From contig NC_045697.1 in NCBI RefSeq assembly GCF_009834535.1, positions 15,998,001-16,062,000 on the forward strand: DNA of 64,000 bases. Reading direction: 5' to 3'. The stretch comes from Camelus ferus (lineage: Eukaryota). Of the stretch, positions 38,373-50,237 are shown one piece after another; position 1 is the stretch's first letter, and each line of letters begins with the position of its first letter. Position numbers and translations under genes: made by a program. The notes below the pieces were generated by a model. It was given only the letters and a program-made list of their open reading frames with translations. It was not told where the DNA came from and searched no databases.

Positions 38373-39359
38373 CTTACACGGTCTAGTCTATCTGTGGCCA
38401 TAGTGTTCCATTGTTCTGGTGTTTTTTGGGAGTTGAAGCCTTTCCTTTTCGTAGCCATGATGACTAGCAATAACTGAATGCCACTTGAAGAGACAGACTG
38501 GCTGCCATCACTATTTTCATGCTTCATGACTGTCTGTTTCTAAAAGGAACATGTTTTCCCAGAGCGCAGTATAAGTTTAGGAATATCAAAGGCAGTCAGA
38601 TACTCAGCATAATTATAGGTTAGGTTTGCCGACCAGATATTCAAATCATCTTCTTTTCATAGGAGGAGTGTTTGGTTGATTAAAACATTTGAGGCGGCAT
38701 CTGACACACACATTCTGGAGAGCACGTCAAAGAGCTCTGATAGTGGAAAATAGCCCTCTAAAGTCAAGAAGTCAGACTTCATCCAAATAGCACCTGAGAG
38801 GGAAAGATGGTTCAGATTTGAGGCCCATGGGTATGGATGACTAATCTTTTGTGACTTTTTTTTTTTTTTCCAGTTCATGGCTCTGAGACAATAGCTGGAT
38901 TTAGGACAGGATTTCTTTGCCCCATCTACCACCTGGACACAGATGAATGATGCTGTTCTCAACTCATGGCATTGGCAAGATTATTAGAATGTCTCAGTAT
39001 GCGGACTGTAACTTCACCCCTCTCTCTCTCACTCACAGAAGCACATCCATGTGCAAATGGGTAAAAGTGGCATTTTCCTCAGGACCTGGTTCTGCAAAGA
39101 GTGGTTTTAGGTAGTTCATAGATAGGAATCAAATAACATCAAGGTACACAGTCACTTAATCATATTTAAATTCTCTTTCAATTCTTAGATTACATCAAGG
39201 GGAGTGACTCAACTTGTTGCCAGTGTTTCTTTAAACATCTAACAGTTTTTACTATCTCCTTTTTGAACATCTCAAAACCCAGCTCTGACTCAGAGTTCTC
39301 AGCTAGCAACTGTATCTAGTAAGTAACAACCTTTGTAAAACCTACCAACAGTGGTGATT

Positions 39360-39605
39360 TTATTTATTTTTAATTTAATCATCTCTTTTGGCAAGTGATG
39401 CTGGTTTTTCCTTTATAATAGTGACATTACTTTCCTTCATGAATACATGTATTCAAGTCAAAAAATGAGTTCCATTTAAAGAAAAAAGATTTAAGTAAGT
39501 AATGGTCAAGATATGTCATAATAGTGTAGATATGCTGCAATAATAATATAGTTAGAAAATCCTGGTAGTACTAATTGAATGATGGAAGTTTAGGAAATAT
39601 TGCTG
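39360..39605. mobile_element. MER113-like hAT-Charlie fragment
   Basis: aaaaatgagttccatttaaagaaaaaagatttaagtaagtaat...gaatgatggaagtttaggaaatattg. Confidence 0.6.
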
Positions 39606-39989
39606 TAGAAATAATTTTTGAACTGGCTCTAATTTTTCAAAAATAAATTATTTTCAACCTTTAATACTTTGATGGTTATTACCAACAGATTCCTTACAGT
39701 ATATTTCACAAATGGTTAAGATGTTCCCGTGTATTTTTTCATTCTGGTTTGGAACTGCTGACCTGTGTAAACTTATTACATAGAAAACATATAGGATGTC
39801 GAGCTGTCTTTGTTTTAATCTTTTGGAACACATTTCACATTTATAATTTGTGCTTGTGCTCTTTAAAAAAAAAAACAGTAACAGCAAATGGTTCTAAGAG
39901 GCTCTTGGGGAGATGGCTAGTTTTTTATTCAGTGCTTCCTTTCTCGTTCCCATTGTAACTGAGTTGTCTCTAGATACGTGAATGACTGA

Positions 39990-40332
39990 TTCATTATATT
40001 TTCTTATGTGGCAAAGTTCTTGCACTTGGAAGATGAGCATGCCTGCTCCCCTCCTCCTGGTTCTCCACCTGCTTCCTGATGGCTGGGAACTGGATATGGG
40101 AGAAACCCAACTTTGATCAGACAGGTGACAACACATGCCTAAGGAAAGACGGAGCAGCAGAAGGTAGCAGCCTGGATGTCTGAGTGACCAAGTGGAGCAG
40201 AGCAGCTCACCCTACCCAGACTGCTCACGCTGGAACTACTATGGTGGAGGAATAAAGTCCTTTTGCCTTTAAGCCCCCATGTTGCTTCCAGTCCCCTTGT
40301 TGTAGCAGTTTAGCTTTTAATCTAATGTAGCA
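39990..40332 (+). mobile_element. Old MaLR LTR (MLT1J-like)
   Basis: ggagcagcagaaggtagcagcctggatgtctgagtgaccaagtggagcagagc...gaataaagtcc...tttaagcc...ttgttgtagcag. Confidence 0.65.
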
Positions 40333-40544
40333 CTCCTCCACCACCCAAACTCTCTATTAATATTAGATGTAATTAGTCAGCATAATGAGAAAAGGTGGGA
40401 AAGAAGGTGTGCCACCTTGTGCCCTTGTCAGTAAATTATGTTTGACTCCTTCCATGCATCTCCTTCCTCGTAAGACTCAGCATGAGTCTGGGAGAAGAGT
40501 GTTGTGGTGCAATTGCTGAAATACACATGATCACAAGCTAGTAA

Positions 40545-40940
40545 ATACTCAGTTGGTTGCTTTACTTGTCTAAGTCAGAGACTGACTCTAAGCAGATTAA
40601 GGGGAAAAAAGTTATTTGAAGGATTTCAAAAATCTCATAGAACCAGGGGGAGACCCAGAAAACCCAGGTTTTTCATAAATTAGGTGGATTAGAGCTTGGG
40701 TGTGGGGTGTGGGGTAGGTTTGGAGAGCGAGCACTGTTAGGGATTTCTTCCAAGCGTTTTTTTTTTTTTTTTTTTTTTTTAATTGTGCCCACTCAGGATT
40801 CAGGTTCTAGGGAGAGAGAATCTATTTGACCCTTCTCAGTTCTTATGATTATTCTTCAAGACAGGGTGGGACACCTTCACTGTCAGGTCCATCATGCCAT
40901 GGAGGATGGGTCGTTCTTCAAAGGAAACTTGAAGCTCCCT
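40545..40940 (-). mobile_element. Old MaLR LTR (MLT1K/L-like) containing T24 run (40757-40780)
   Basis: cactcaggattcaggttctagggagagagaatctatttgaccc...gggtgggacacctt. Confidence 0.5.
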
Positions 40941-40954
40941 TACTCTGCATTGAA

Positions 40955-41152
40955 TAGTGTGCTAGAGCCAGCTGGCATTGGTCCCTGATAGCTGATGGCA
41001 CATTTTTTTGCAACTCAGTGTTCAGTGACATCTCTCTGGGTGATCAAAATTTGCCATGCTGGAAATACTTACATCATGGAAGTGGGCAAACGATACACGT
41101 CAGGCCCTTTTCTTCAGAGAGTTTGTTGTTAAGCATTTGCATGCTCTACATT
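40955..41152 (+). mobile_element. MER63A-like hAT-Blackjack MITE
   Basis: gtgtgctagagccagct...gccatgctggaaatacttacatcatggaagtgggcaaacgatacacgtcagg...gttgttaagcattt. Confidence 0.8.
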
Positions 41153-41695
41153 GCTTTCACCCCTTTGCTTCTCTCCACTTGGTATTTTCTGAGTATCTTT
41201 TATTAGATAAATGGTCCTTGCCTCAGACTCAAGTGAAATAGGAGTTGTCCATTGACTAAGGAAAAACAGCTGATGGAAATAAAATTTTTATTTTATAAAA
41301 ATGCATCTAAATCAACATATTGCATTACTTGATTTGAAAATTAATTTCATCCATATAGAACAAAAGTCTAATTAAAATGAAGTTCGGGGGTGTCATTATA
41401 GCTTGCACATCTCTGAGTAAGAGATTCCAGAAAGGCATTCTGTTTTGCTTTGGGAACAAATACAGCCTTGTTTTAGAATCTGAGTAGCTCTCATTGCATA
41501 TTCTTTAATTGTTTAATATGTGTAAGTGTAGCCTTCAAGTGCCTACAATCCAAAAGACAATCAATAAACACAGGAAGAGTGAATGAATAACAAAATTGCA
41601 AGCATTTGAGGGAAAATATGGTATATTATACTTCTCTTGTGTTCTTTCACAGTTTATTACAGTACTGGGAACATCATTTGTAAATAAATACTTTG

Positions 41696-42186
41696 GGTTT
41701 TTTTTTTCTGACTCTGTGCATCTTTAATCATTTTTTATTGAAGTATAGTCAGTTTATAATATTATGTCAATTTCTGGTGTACAGCATAATGTTTCAGTCA
41801 TACATATACATACATATTATTTCTTTCCATATTCTTTTTCATTATAGGCCATTACAAGATACTGAATGTAGTTCCCTGTGCTATGCAGTATATAAACTTA
41901 TTTATCTATTTTATATATAGCAGTTAGTATCTGCAAGCATCGAACTCCCAATTTATCCTTTCCTATCCCCTTTCCCCTTGGTGACCAAATAAGTTTGTTC
42001 TCTGTCTTTGAGCCTTTTTCTGTTTTGTAAATAAGTTCATTTATGTCCTTTTTTTTTTCAAAGATTCCACATATAAGTGATATCATATGGTATTTTTCTT
42101 TCTCTTTCTGGCTTCACTCAGAATGACAATTTCTTTGTCCATCCATGTTGCTGCAAATGGCATTATTTTATTCTTTTTTACGGCTG
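41696..42186 (-). mobile_element. Young 5'-truncated L1 (camelid type) with TSD
   Basis: ttttttattgaagtatagtcagttta...agattccacatataagtgatatcatatggtatt; TSD ataaatactttg at 41684-41695 and 42187-42198. Confidence 0.93.
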
Positions 42187-42649
42187 ATAAATACTTTGTT
42201 TTTAACTTGGATTAGAGAGTATTTCTTAGGTAGTTTGACAAACTGGGTAAATGAAAAAAGCTAGATATTTTGTTAACTGATTTTAATTTTGATACTACAA
42301 TGGTTAGAATTTTTTGATTCCTTTTTTGAGCATAGTATTTATTTCATTTATTCAACACGTTAGTTTTGAGCACCTGTAAGCTGCCTAGCTTTTCAGTCGT
42401 ATATTGAGGGTAGAGTACATGAAGAATATATTTCTAAACAAGAAGCCTGAGGCTTATGGAATTTTTTTTGTGTGGTTTAATTTTGATTCCCATTTCTGAA
42501 CTATTATATTTTTCTCTAAATATATAGCTCTCAAATAGAAGAAAGTATTTAACCTTTGTCATGGGAACGGTTCAAACCAAAAATATCTTTCTATATGCAG
42601 AATTGTTTCTGCATAACTCTTTAGTTATTGAGGGAATACATGTATGCCA

Positions 42650-42857
42650 CGAACTACGTGTCAAGCACCACTCTAAGTAGTTTACAAATATTAACTCAAC
42701 TAATTTCATTGTCCTGATTTTACAGATGTGAAAATCAAGGTGTAGAAAAGGTAGGTAGTTTATTCCAGATCACATAGATGACAGTGGGAAATTCAGATTT
42801 AAATCCAGGTGATCTAGCTCCAGACTCTAAGCCCTTAACCTCACATTGTTCTGCCTC
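42650..42857 (-). mobile_element. MIR SINE
   Basis: attttacagatgtgaaaatcaagg...gatttaaatccaggtgatctagctccagactctaagcccttaacc. Confidence 0.85.
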
Positions 42858-42979
42858 CCTGAGGGACTATAGGATCTATAACCACAGAGAAGGAGCTGGC
42901 TGGAGGGAGGCAAGGAGATGAAGTAGTGATCATCTGGGAACTCAACTGAGTGGAGAAAGTGATCAGAGATGCCTTCAAA

Positions 42980-43480
42980 ATGCACATATAAGGAGATTTA
43001 AAGCAGAATTATTTGCATTAATCCCAAATCAGAAAAAATATGACAAGGTCTACCAACAGTAAAATAAATTAAGACGGAAAACAAAATGCACACATGATGG
43101 AGTTCTGTACAGTAAGGGAAAGGAACAGACTGCTGTTACCCACAACCAAGTACAAAAGTATCACAAACCTAATACTGAGCAAAAAACTGAGCTATAAATG
43201 ATTATATGCTGTATTATTCCATTTATATAAGATGAAAAACTTTATATAAATGGCAAAAATACTCTATGGGGCTAAAAGTAATGGATATGGCTACTTTTAA
43301 GGAAAAGAATAATGACTGAGAGTAGGTAATAGGGCTTTCTGATCTGTTGGCAGTCTTCTGTTTCTCGACCTGGGTGGTAGTCCCATGGGTGTGTCCACTT
43401 ACTGACAATTCACTGACCTCTACAGTTATGATTTTTGCCTCTTTTGTATGAGTGTTATAGTTCAGCAATAAATTAAGAAA
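42980..43480 (+). mobile_element. Old L1 (L1ME-like) 3' end
   Basis: tcacaaacctaatactgagcaaaa...atatgctgtattattccatttatataa...ttctgtttctcgacctgggtggtag. Confidence 0.8.
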
Positions 43481-43803
43481 TATTGCCTGGTGGGGGGTGG
43501 TGTGTAACAGGAAAAAATTGTATAATTGAGACCAGAGATAGGGTTGGGTTGAAAAACAACAAAGTTAGAGTTAAAAAGGCAAATTATTTATATATAATAT
43601 ATTTAACCAATTAGCCCTGATTGTCTTGACTTAGATACTGCGAGTTGGCAAGCTTTTCTATAAAAGGCCTGATATAGTAAATATTTTAGACTTTGCAGGC
43701 CACGTACAGTCTCTTTCACATACTAATTCTTTCTTCCTGTTTTAGCAACTTTTAAAAAATGTAAGAACCATTCTTAGCCTGCTGCTTATAAAAAAACAGC
43801 CAC

Positions 43804-43999
43804 TTTGGGTAATTATGAGGTGTCAATGTAGGTTCATCAATTGTAACAAATGTACCGCTCTGGTAGGAGATGCGGGTAATGGGAGGGGAAGCCATGCACC
43901 TAGGGGAGCAGGAGCTTACAGGAAATATCTGTACCTTCTCTCAATTTTGCTGTGAGCCTAAACGCCTCTAAAAAAATCTTAATTAAAATACAAAAACAG
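43804..43999 (+). mobile_element. L1MC-like 3' end
   Basis: gtgtcaatgtaggttcatcaattgtaacaaatgtacc...ctgtaccttctctcaattttgctgtgagcctaaa. Confidence 0.85.
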
Positions 44000-44062
44000 T
44001 TACCTTCTCTCAATTTTGCTGTGAGCCTAAACTCCTCTGAAAAAATCTTAGTTAAAATACAG

Positions 44063-44310
44063 AAACAGGGAACTATACTCAATGTCTTGTAATAATGAAA
44101 AAGAACATATGTATGTATGTGTATGACTAGGATATTATGCTGTACACCAGAAATTGACATATTGTAACTGACTACACTTCAATTAAAAAATTCAGAAAGT
44201 TTGAAAAAGAGTATGGAAAGAATACATATATGTACATGTATGGCTGGAACATTATGCTGTACAGCAGAAATTGACACATGGTAAACTGACTATACATCAA
44301 TGAAAATAAA
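44063..44310 (+). mobile_element. Two tandem short camelid-type L1 3' ends
   Basis: Motif attatgctgtacaSSagaaattgaca...aactgactaYacWtcaat occurs twice; it is the reverse complement of the 41.7-kb L1 end. Confidence 0.88.
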
Positions 44311-44803
44311 AACAAAAATAATCCACAAAAAACAAGCCACAGAAAATATGGCCTCAGGGCTATGATTTGTTTACCCCTTTGCTAAGCTCAGGGTAACACT
44401 AACATTATTAAAATGCAGTTTTTGCCCTCCACAGTCCATTTATTTATTCATGCAACCTATCTCCATTGAATATCTCCTATGTGCTTTAAGTGGATGAAAC
44501 AGCTGTATGCACCTGTAAATTACAGAACAATGTGATGACTACCCTAACCGAGGTACCATCAAAACGCTTGAGAAGAAAGAATATGCCATTTTCTCTAAAT
44601 TAAAGTCAAATTTCAACTTTAATTTTGAAGTAGTTCAGATTGACTAGGTAGAGAAAAGGAAGGCATCCCTTATAGGGGCTACATCATGAGTAAATTCACA
44701 CAGGTGTGGTATAAGCATATATTTATAAGTGAAGGTTAGTATATTATCTTACTTCATGTGACTGGAGCATCATGTGCGTAGGATGACAGAGGTGAGGCTA
44801 GAG

Positions 44804-45003
44804 CAGTGTTTCAAAATTTTTCACATCATGGCACATATATGCCTTCTATGTCTGGAGCCCTGAGTTAAGCAGATGAAACCACTTGTGACTGGAAGAATGG
44901 GTCCAGGAACTCATGCGTCCCCTGGTCCCACAAGTCTTCCCTGAGATCTGAGTGTATCCCTCTGCCCACTCACACCTGCTGGCACTCCATTTGGGAAGTT
45001 CTG
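44804..45003. mobile_element. MER117-like hAT-Charlie MITE
   Basis: cagtgtttcaaaattttttcacatcatggcacatata ... ggcactccatttgggaagttctg. Confidence 0.65.
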
Positions 45004-45079
45004 GAGCAACTGGAGAAGAATTGATGAGCAGGTGGGTTAAGGTCAGGAGGAATTTTGGTGGCTTTGTATCTTCCAAGGC

Positions 45080-45275
45080 TGAGGCTCAAATTCTGGTTCT
45101 GTCACTTATTGACTGGATGAACTAAGTAAGGTATTTTGAAATCTCTTTTCTTTCATTTCTGCCTCTGTAAAATGCTAATAGTTCCTAGAAGGGATCTTTT
45201 GAAGCTTAAAATGAATGAGACACGGTATATAAGGCTTTTGCTGCAGAGTCAACACTCAACAAATTGTTTATTTCT
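45080..45275 (+). mobile_element. MIR SINE
   Basis: ctcaaattctggttctgtcacttattgactg...ctctgtaaaatg...aacactcaacaaattgtta. Confidence 0.7.
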
Positions 45276-46693
45276 TCTTCACGTTTCCAAGCTCCCTACT
45301 CACAGTAAAAACAACAACAACAACAACAAAATCCCTTGATGAGAAATCCCATGCCCTTTCCAGTCGCTACACCCACTGCCTGGGGATAGTGGTAGGGTTT
45401 TTCTGGCATGGGAGGAAGAATGATAAGTGAAGAGAAACCACAAAATAGTGAGTAAATCTATTGCTTTGGCACTCTTACTTCTAATGATGACTTTTCTTTA
45501 GAAAGAGAGAGGTCATCAGCTCTTAGATCACATAGGTGTGAGTTGTACTGTCTGTGTTAGGAGACACCTTTTTCTTTTTCTCCTTCCTTCCCATTTTTAT
45601 AAGCCGAAGGTGCAGGGTGGGCTGTGACTCGGAGGTGAACTGAGGACTCTGGTTAAACGTGGCTTTGAAGGAAACTCGTCAGCTGACTTCAACAGGAACA
45701 TCTGTGGGTTCATATTGGCCAAGTCCCTAGAGATTTTTTTCACTGCTGAACATGCTACTTTCCAACTGTTCAAGATAGTGGCTCAGAGCTGTGCACATAT
45801 TTTGAGATGCATTCTGCTGATTGGATTATTTTTAAAGCCTATTTCTTATCTAAAGTATTTCCTTTAATTGCTTCTTTTTGGCCTGATGTTAGGTCTCAGT
45901 GAGGTTGTTCCAAGTCTAGAATCATAGATACTAATCTCCAAAATTGGAAGTAGCCACCCCATCACTTTCCAGATGAGGAAATTGATACCCCTTGGGGTGA
46001 AAAATTGCTCAAGTCACACAGATATCTCATTCTTTCTTCTTTCCCTTCTTTCTCCCTCCCTCTCTTCCTTATTTGTTGAATGACTCCCAGATGCCATGCA
46101 CTGTTTTCAGTGTTAATGATACAAAGAGACATATGACACAGACTGCTGAACTCCTAGTCTAGTGCAGCTGGAGTGGTGTAAACCAATTATTCCTCTAGAC
46201 ATGATAAGTGATTGCATAGAGGGGCACACAGGATTTCAAGAGAACCCAGAAGAAGGCCAACTAAATTAGAAAGTCAGGGGAATTGACTCGAGTGGAATGT
46301 CAGAGGATGTGTTGGATACGAGTGGGTTGTATAGGGAGTGAGATGTGAGAACACAGATGAGAGAGATGATCTTCCAGACAGAGGGATGCATACACTGTAA
46401 TAGCATCTGATGTTCATTACATTTTCCCTGAATTCACTTTATTTATGGAGAGAAAGAGAGAGAGAGAGAGGAAGGGAGGGAGGGAGAGAATTAGAGAGAA
46501 AGAATATAGAATTCAACAAGGAATGAGACTCCTGCTCTTCCGGTCTGTGCTTGTGTGCTGTGCATCTCTCCCCAGCCCAAGGGAGTCATAATTGAGTCTC
46601 ACACTTGTGGAGTAGAGAGGGGCAACCTCATAGCCATTGTAACAGACATGTAACAGGCATCTCACTAAGCCAGTGCAATCCAGAACTATTTTG

Positions 46694-46820
46694 TTTGTTT
46701 TATGAGGGGGAGGTAATTAAGTTTATTCATGTATTTTTATTTGGAGGAGGTACTGGGAATTGAACCCGGGACCTTGTGTGTGCTAAGTGTGTACTCTACC
46801 ACTTGAGCTATACCCTTCCC
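46694..46820 (-). mobile_element. tRNA-derived camelid SINE (Vic-1-like)
   Basis: gaggtactgggaattgaacccgggaccttgtg...ctctaccacttgagctatacccttccc; perfect 13-bp TSD cagaactattttg at 46681-46693 and 46821-46833. Confidence 0.9.
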
Positions 46821-48399
46821 CAGAACTATTTTGATTATACATAATTTTATAAGCTGAGTGTAGAGCTGAAACTCCTGTAAGATGCTCTTCCATTTATAAA
46901 GGCATTCCTCCCTCGAACTTATCCATAGGGTTTTTCGTTAAGGTGAACTTGTTGCCTGAGTTGGCTTTAGGAAATGCAATGTTTTCTATTGATTCGACGA
47001 AGATAAATTTTATGGCTGCCATGCACCATCTTCTCTGATCTCTTTTATTGGAGGTGATGTTGTTGAAAGAGCTGTGAAGTCAATAAACAAAGTTAACTAA
47101 GTGCACAACTTTTACTTCCATAGCTCTGCATGGAAGCCCAGAGCCAGTGTGATCCTGAGATACAGCTTGCCCCGTAGGTCATGCCCAGGGGCTTCCATTA
47201 TCTCTAAGCAGCACACACTCCAGAGCATCTTATTAATGATATTTAATTACATTGAAATTAATGATGTTTTTCATCAGATCCTGGGCTGATTTTACAGCTG
47301 GGAGATAGGTGGGGGTGACTTGGATTTTTCTGTCTCTCCATCTCAGCAGTCAAGTGCCCCCTTTTATCTCTGTTGATTCTCTGCTTTTTCCAGGTGCCCT
47401 GCTCCTCCACCTGCATTTCCTTCTCTGACTACCTTCCCTCCCTTTGCCAGTAATAATTAGCTACCCCCAGCCATAGAAATGATCCATTTCCACATGAGGG
47501 TTTCTCATGATGTGGACAATGCAGTATTTCTCAACAGGGTTTAATTTGCATATATCCTGGCCATAACTTCATTAGGTTTGAAACATAGAGATTGTCGAAT
47601 GAACACTATCTGATAGCTTAAACAATGCAATAGTTTTAGCAGACTCTAATCTCATCATTGTATACTTGAGTGCTCTGGGTTTTGCTGATGAAAATCTTTA
47701 CAGAAGTGGAATGGAGTATTCAATTCTCAGGTTCAGGACTTGTTATTATTTCCCAATGAAAATAATGGGGATTGTAGATAGGATTTACCGAACTTGAACT
47801 GTATTGATGGCTTTTGTTTTGTTTGAGCAAAAACAGGTGTTTGGGGGAATTAAACATTTCTGTTGTGAACTGTAATACAATAGCATCGAGAATGAAATGT
47901 TTAAAAACTGAGTATAGGGCTTGGTGATGAAAGTGAATTGGATTGTGGCAATTCTTTCAGAGTTCAAAGTCTTAGGCTATTTAATGGATTCAAAGAAAGA
48001 GTAAATTGGAAATATACTCTATTTGGATTTTTTGTTCTTGGGAAATGGTAAGAAATTCAGTCCTTGAATAATGCTTTGTCATATTGACAACCTGACTATT
48101 GATTTATTAGGGCAGAAAACCAGAAGTATTACTTCAAATAATTTCCCTATTTAATTCTTTGTCTATTTATCTCAAACTCTCCCTTAATCTCTGCTCTGTC
48201 CCACCCACCAAAAGCCAAAAAGATCTATAAAATGATATTAAAATAATAATATGATAATAATAACAACAACTAAAATTAAAATATCTCATTGCATCTATTC
48301 AGGTAAATTTCAACATTATTGTAAAATTGCAAATTCCCCAATTATCTCTGCCTCTGACCCTAGGATGCACATTCTTTTCTTCTTCTATATTCTCTTGGC

Positions 48400-48800
48400 T
48401 CATTCACTTATTCATTCATTCACTGGACAGATATTTATAGACATCTGCTGTCCACCAGATGTTATGATAGGCACTAGAGAAGCAATCATGGACCACACAT
48501 GATCTCAACTCTGATAGGATACTGTAATCCAGGAGAGGAGGCTTACATTAATCTATAAATCACACCATTAGAAATGTGCTATTATAATCATAACAAATGC
48601 TAGGAAGAACAAGTGTGTGGTGTCAGGAGAGCTTACAGAGGTAAGGTATGACTTACCCTGGAGGATCTGGAAAGCTTTTCTCTAGAAACAACTATGGAGC
48701 TGAGAGCTGAAGGAACCATAGGAAGGTGGTGAAGGTATTTTCTAAATCAAAGATGCTATGTGTGCAACAATCTTGCAGTGAGAAGGAGAATGGCACCAGA
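48400..48800 (-). mobile_element. L2 3' end
   Basis: tcattcacttattcattcattca...atatttatagacatctgctgtccaccag...taggcactagaga...gagctgagagctgaagga. Confidence 0.85.
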
Positions 48801-49104
48801 GCATAACAGCCTTACCCTCTTTAGACAAGAGTTTGGGTCTTTGGTTATTTCTCTTTTCCTTTGTGGGTGGTGACATCCTTTGTACTTCAGATTCCTGGAG
48901 ATGAAAACTTTCTCCCTGAGAACGTGGTCCCCAAAGGAGAAGAAGAAAAGGGTAGGGTTTTCTTCCTAGTGCCAACTCTCTTGCCCTCTGGTTCTCCTCC
49001 CTCAGCCTTATCAGAATTGATGAAGGATGGGGTAGACTGAAGAGGGCCAGTCTGGACATGAGCTATGAGAAGGTGTGTGAGGGTCCAGTTGCAATTTTCC
49101 AGCT

Positions 49105-49290
49105 GGCAGCACGCTCAGTGGAAAGAATCCTAGACTTAGACTCAAACAACTGGACTTTGCAGGGTGAGTCATTTAACTTCTCTGAGTCTCACTGTGCCTC
49201 GTTTAATGAGTGGCTGTAAGGTTCCAGTGGGACAACAGTGCCAGCAAACACAGCACGCTTCTTTACATATGTAAGAAACAATTTTATTGT
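49105..49290 (+). mobile_element. MIR SINE
   Basis: cagtggaaagaatcctagacttagactca...gagtcatttaacttctctgagtctca. Confidence 0.7.
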
Positions 49291-50237
49291 TATTACTTAT
49301 TCAGAAATTCCAGGAAGGTTCAGCACACTTTTCAAATAGAATCTCAGAAGGAAATTTGTTTTTAATCAGCGACCAGAATATATATTTTAAAATATATGTT
49401 CTAAAATAGAATAATGATACACTATCTCCTGAAGATAAGGCTAGGGCTAAAGGATGGTGTTGACCACTTGAGCTAGGGTGCATCTCACTGCTGTGTTTAC
49501 TGGAGAAATGGATCATTTGGGCAGTTCTGCTCGCCAACTCGACTCTATTTAAAGTCTTAGATCAATTCAGTCACCATATGTGGGCACAGCTGGTGCTTGC
49601 CGAAACAGAATTGGATCACTTTCTGAGATGATTCAGATCTTCAAAGTACTTCAACTGAAATATCAAATAAGTGAAGCAAAGGGTCATCTGTGCTTTAAAC
49701 AGAGACGTTATCAGGATGGGTCTCCTCCAGATCTGACACAACTAACAGGTTTTAAGACCTTCTGACCCTCACTGTTCCTAACACTAAAGGGACTGGAAAA
49801 GAAGAGACGTCTAAAATTCATTTTAGTGCTAACATTGCACGCTAAAAATTTATTTAATCACTATCAGGAGGTGTTCGAGTCCAGCAGACTTGAATTCTTC
49901 TTTTTTTTTTTTTTTTGGAGATAAACTACTTCAGTGTGCATAATATCTACAGAAAGAAGAGCAAATTATAAGCACCTGCCAGAAATTTCCCATTGAGCAA
50001 GAAAGGATGAGTCAACTTTACTTCTACAGTATCCACTATTACTGATTTGAGATTTATGAGAAGTCAGTGGTAATACACTGATGTGATGTGTCATACTGTT
50101 GTTTTATTTCAGTCAACCTAAATGTTAAAGGTTTTTTGTTTTGTTTTGTTTACAGAAATGACATTTTTTAAGAAAAATAACTTTTGCAAAACAAAAAATA
50201 TTCAGTGAGTAGCATAGTTATACATGAAAAAAACACT

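Larger units (their letters stand above)
43637..44380 (+). mobile_element. MER58-family hAT-Charlie MITE split by L1 insertions
   Basis: gttggcaagcttttctataaaaggcc...tagtaaatattttagactttgcaggcca...aaaaatgtaagaaccattcttagc; resumes aaaaacaagccac...tggcctcagggctatgatttgtttacccct. Confidence 0.8.

Noticed and set aside
50050..50225. Charlie1-like DNA transposon fragment
   Set aside because: Only a short AT-rich resemblance; too weak to call without an alignment
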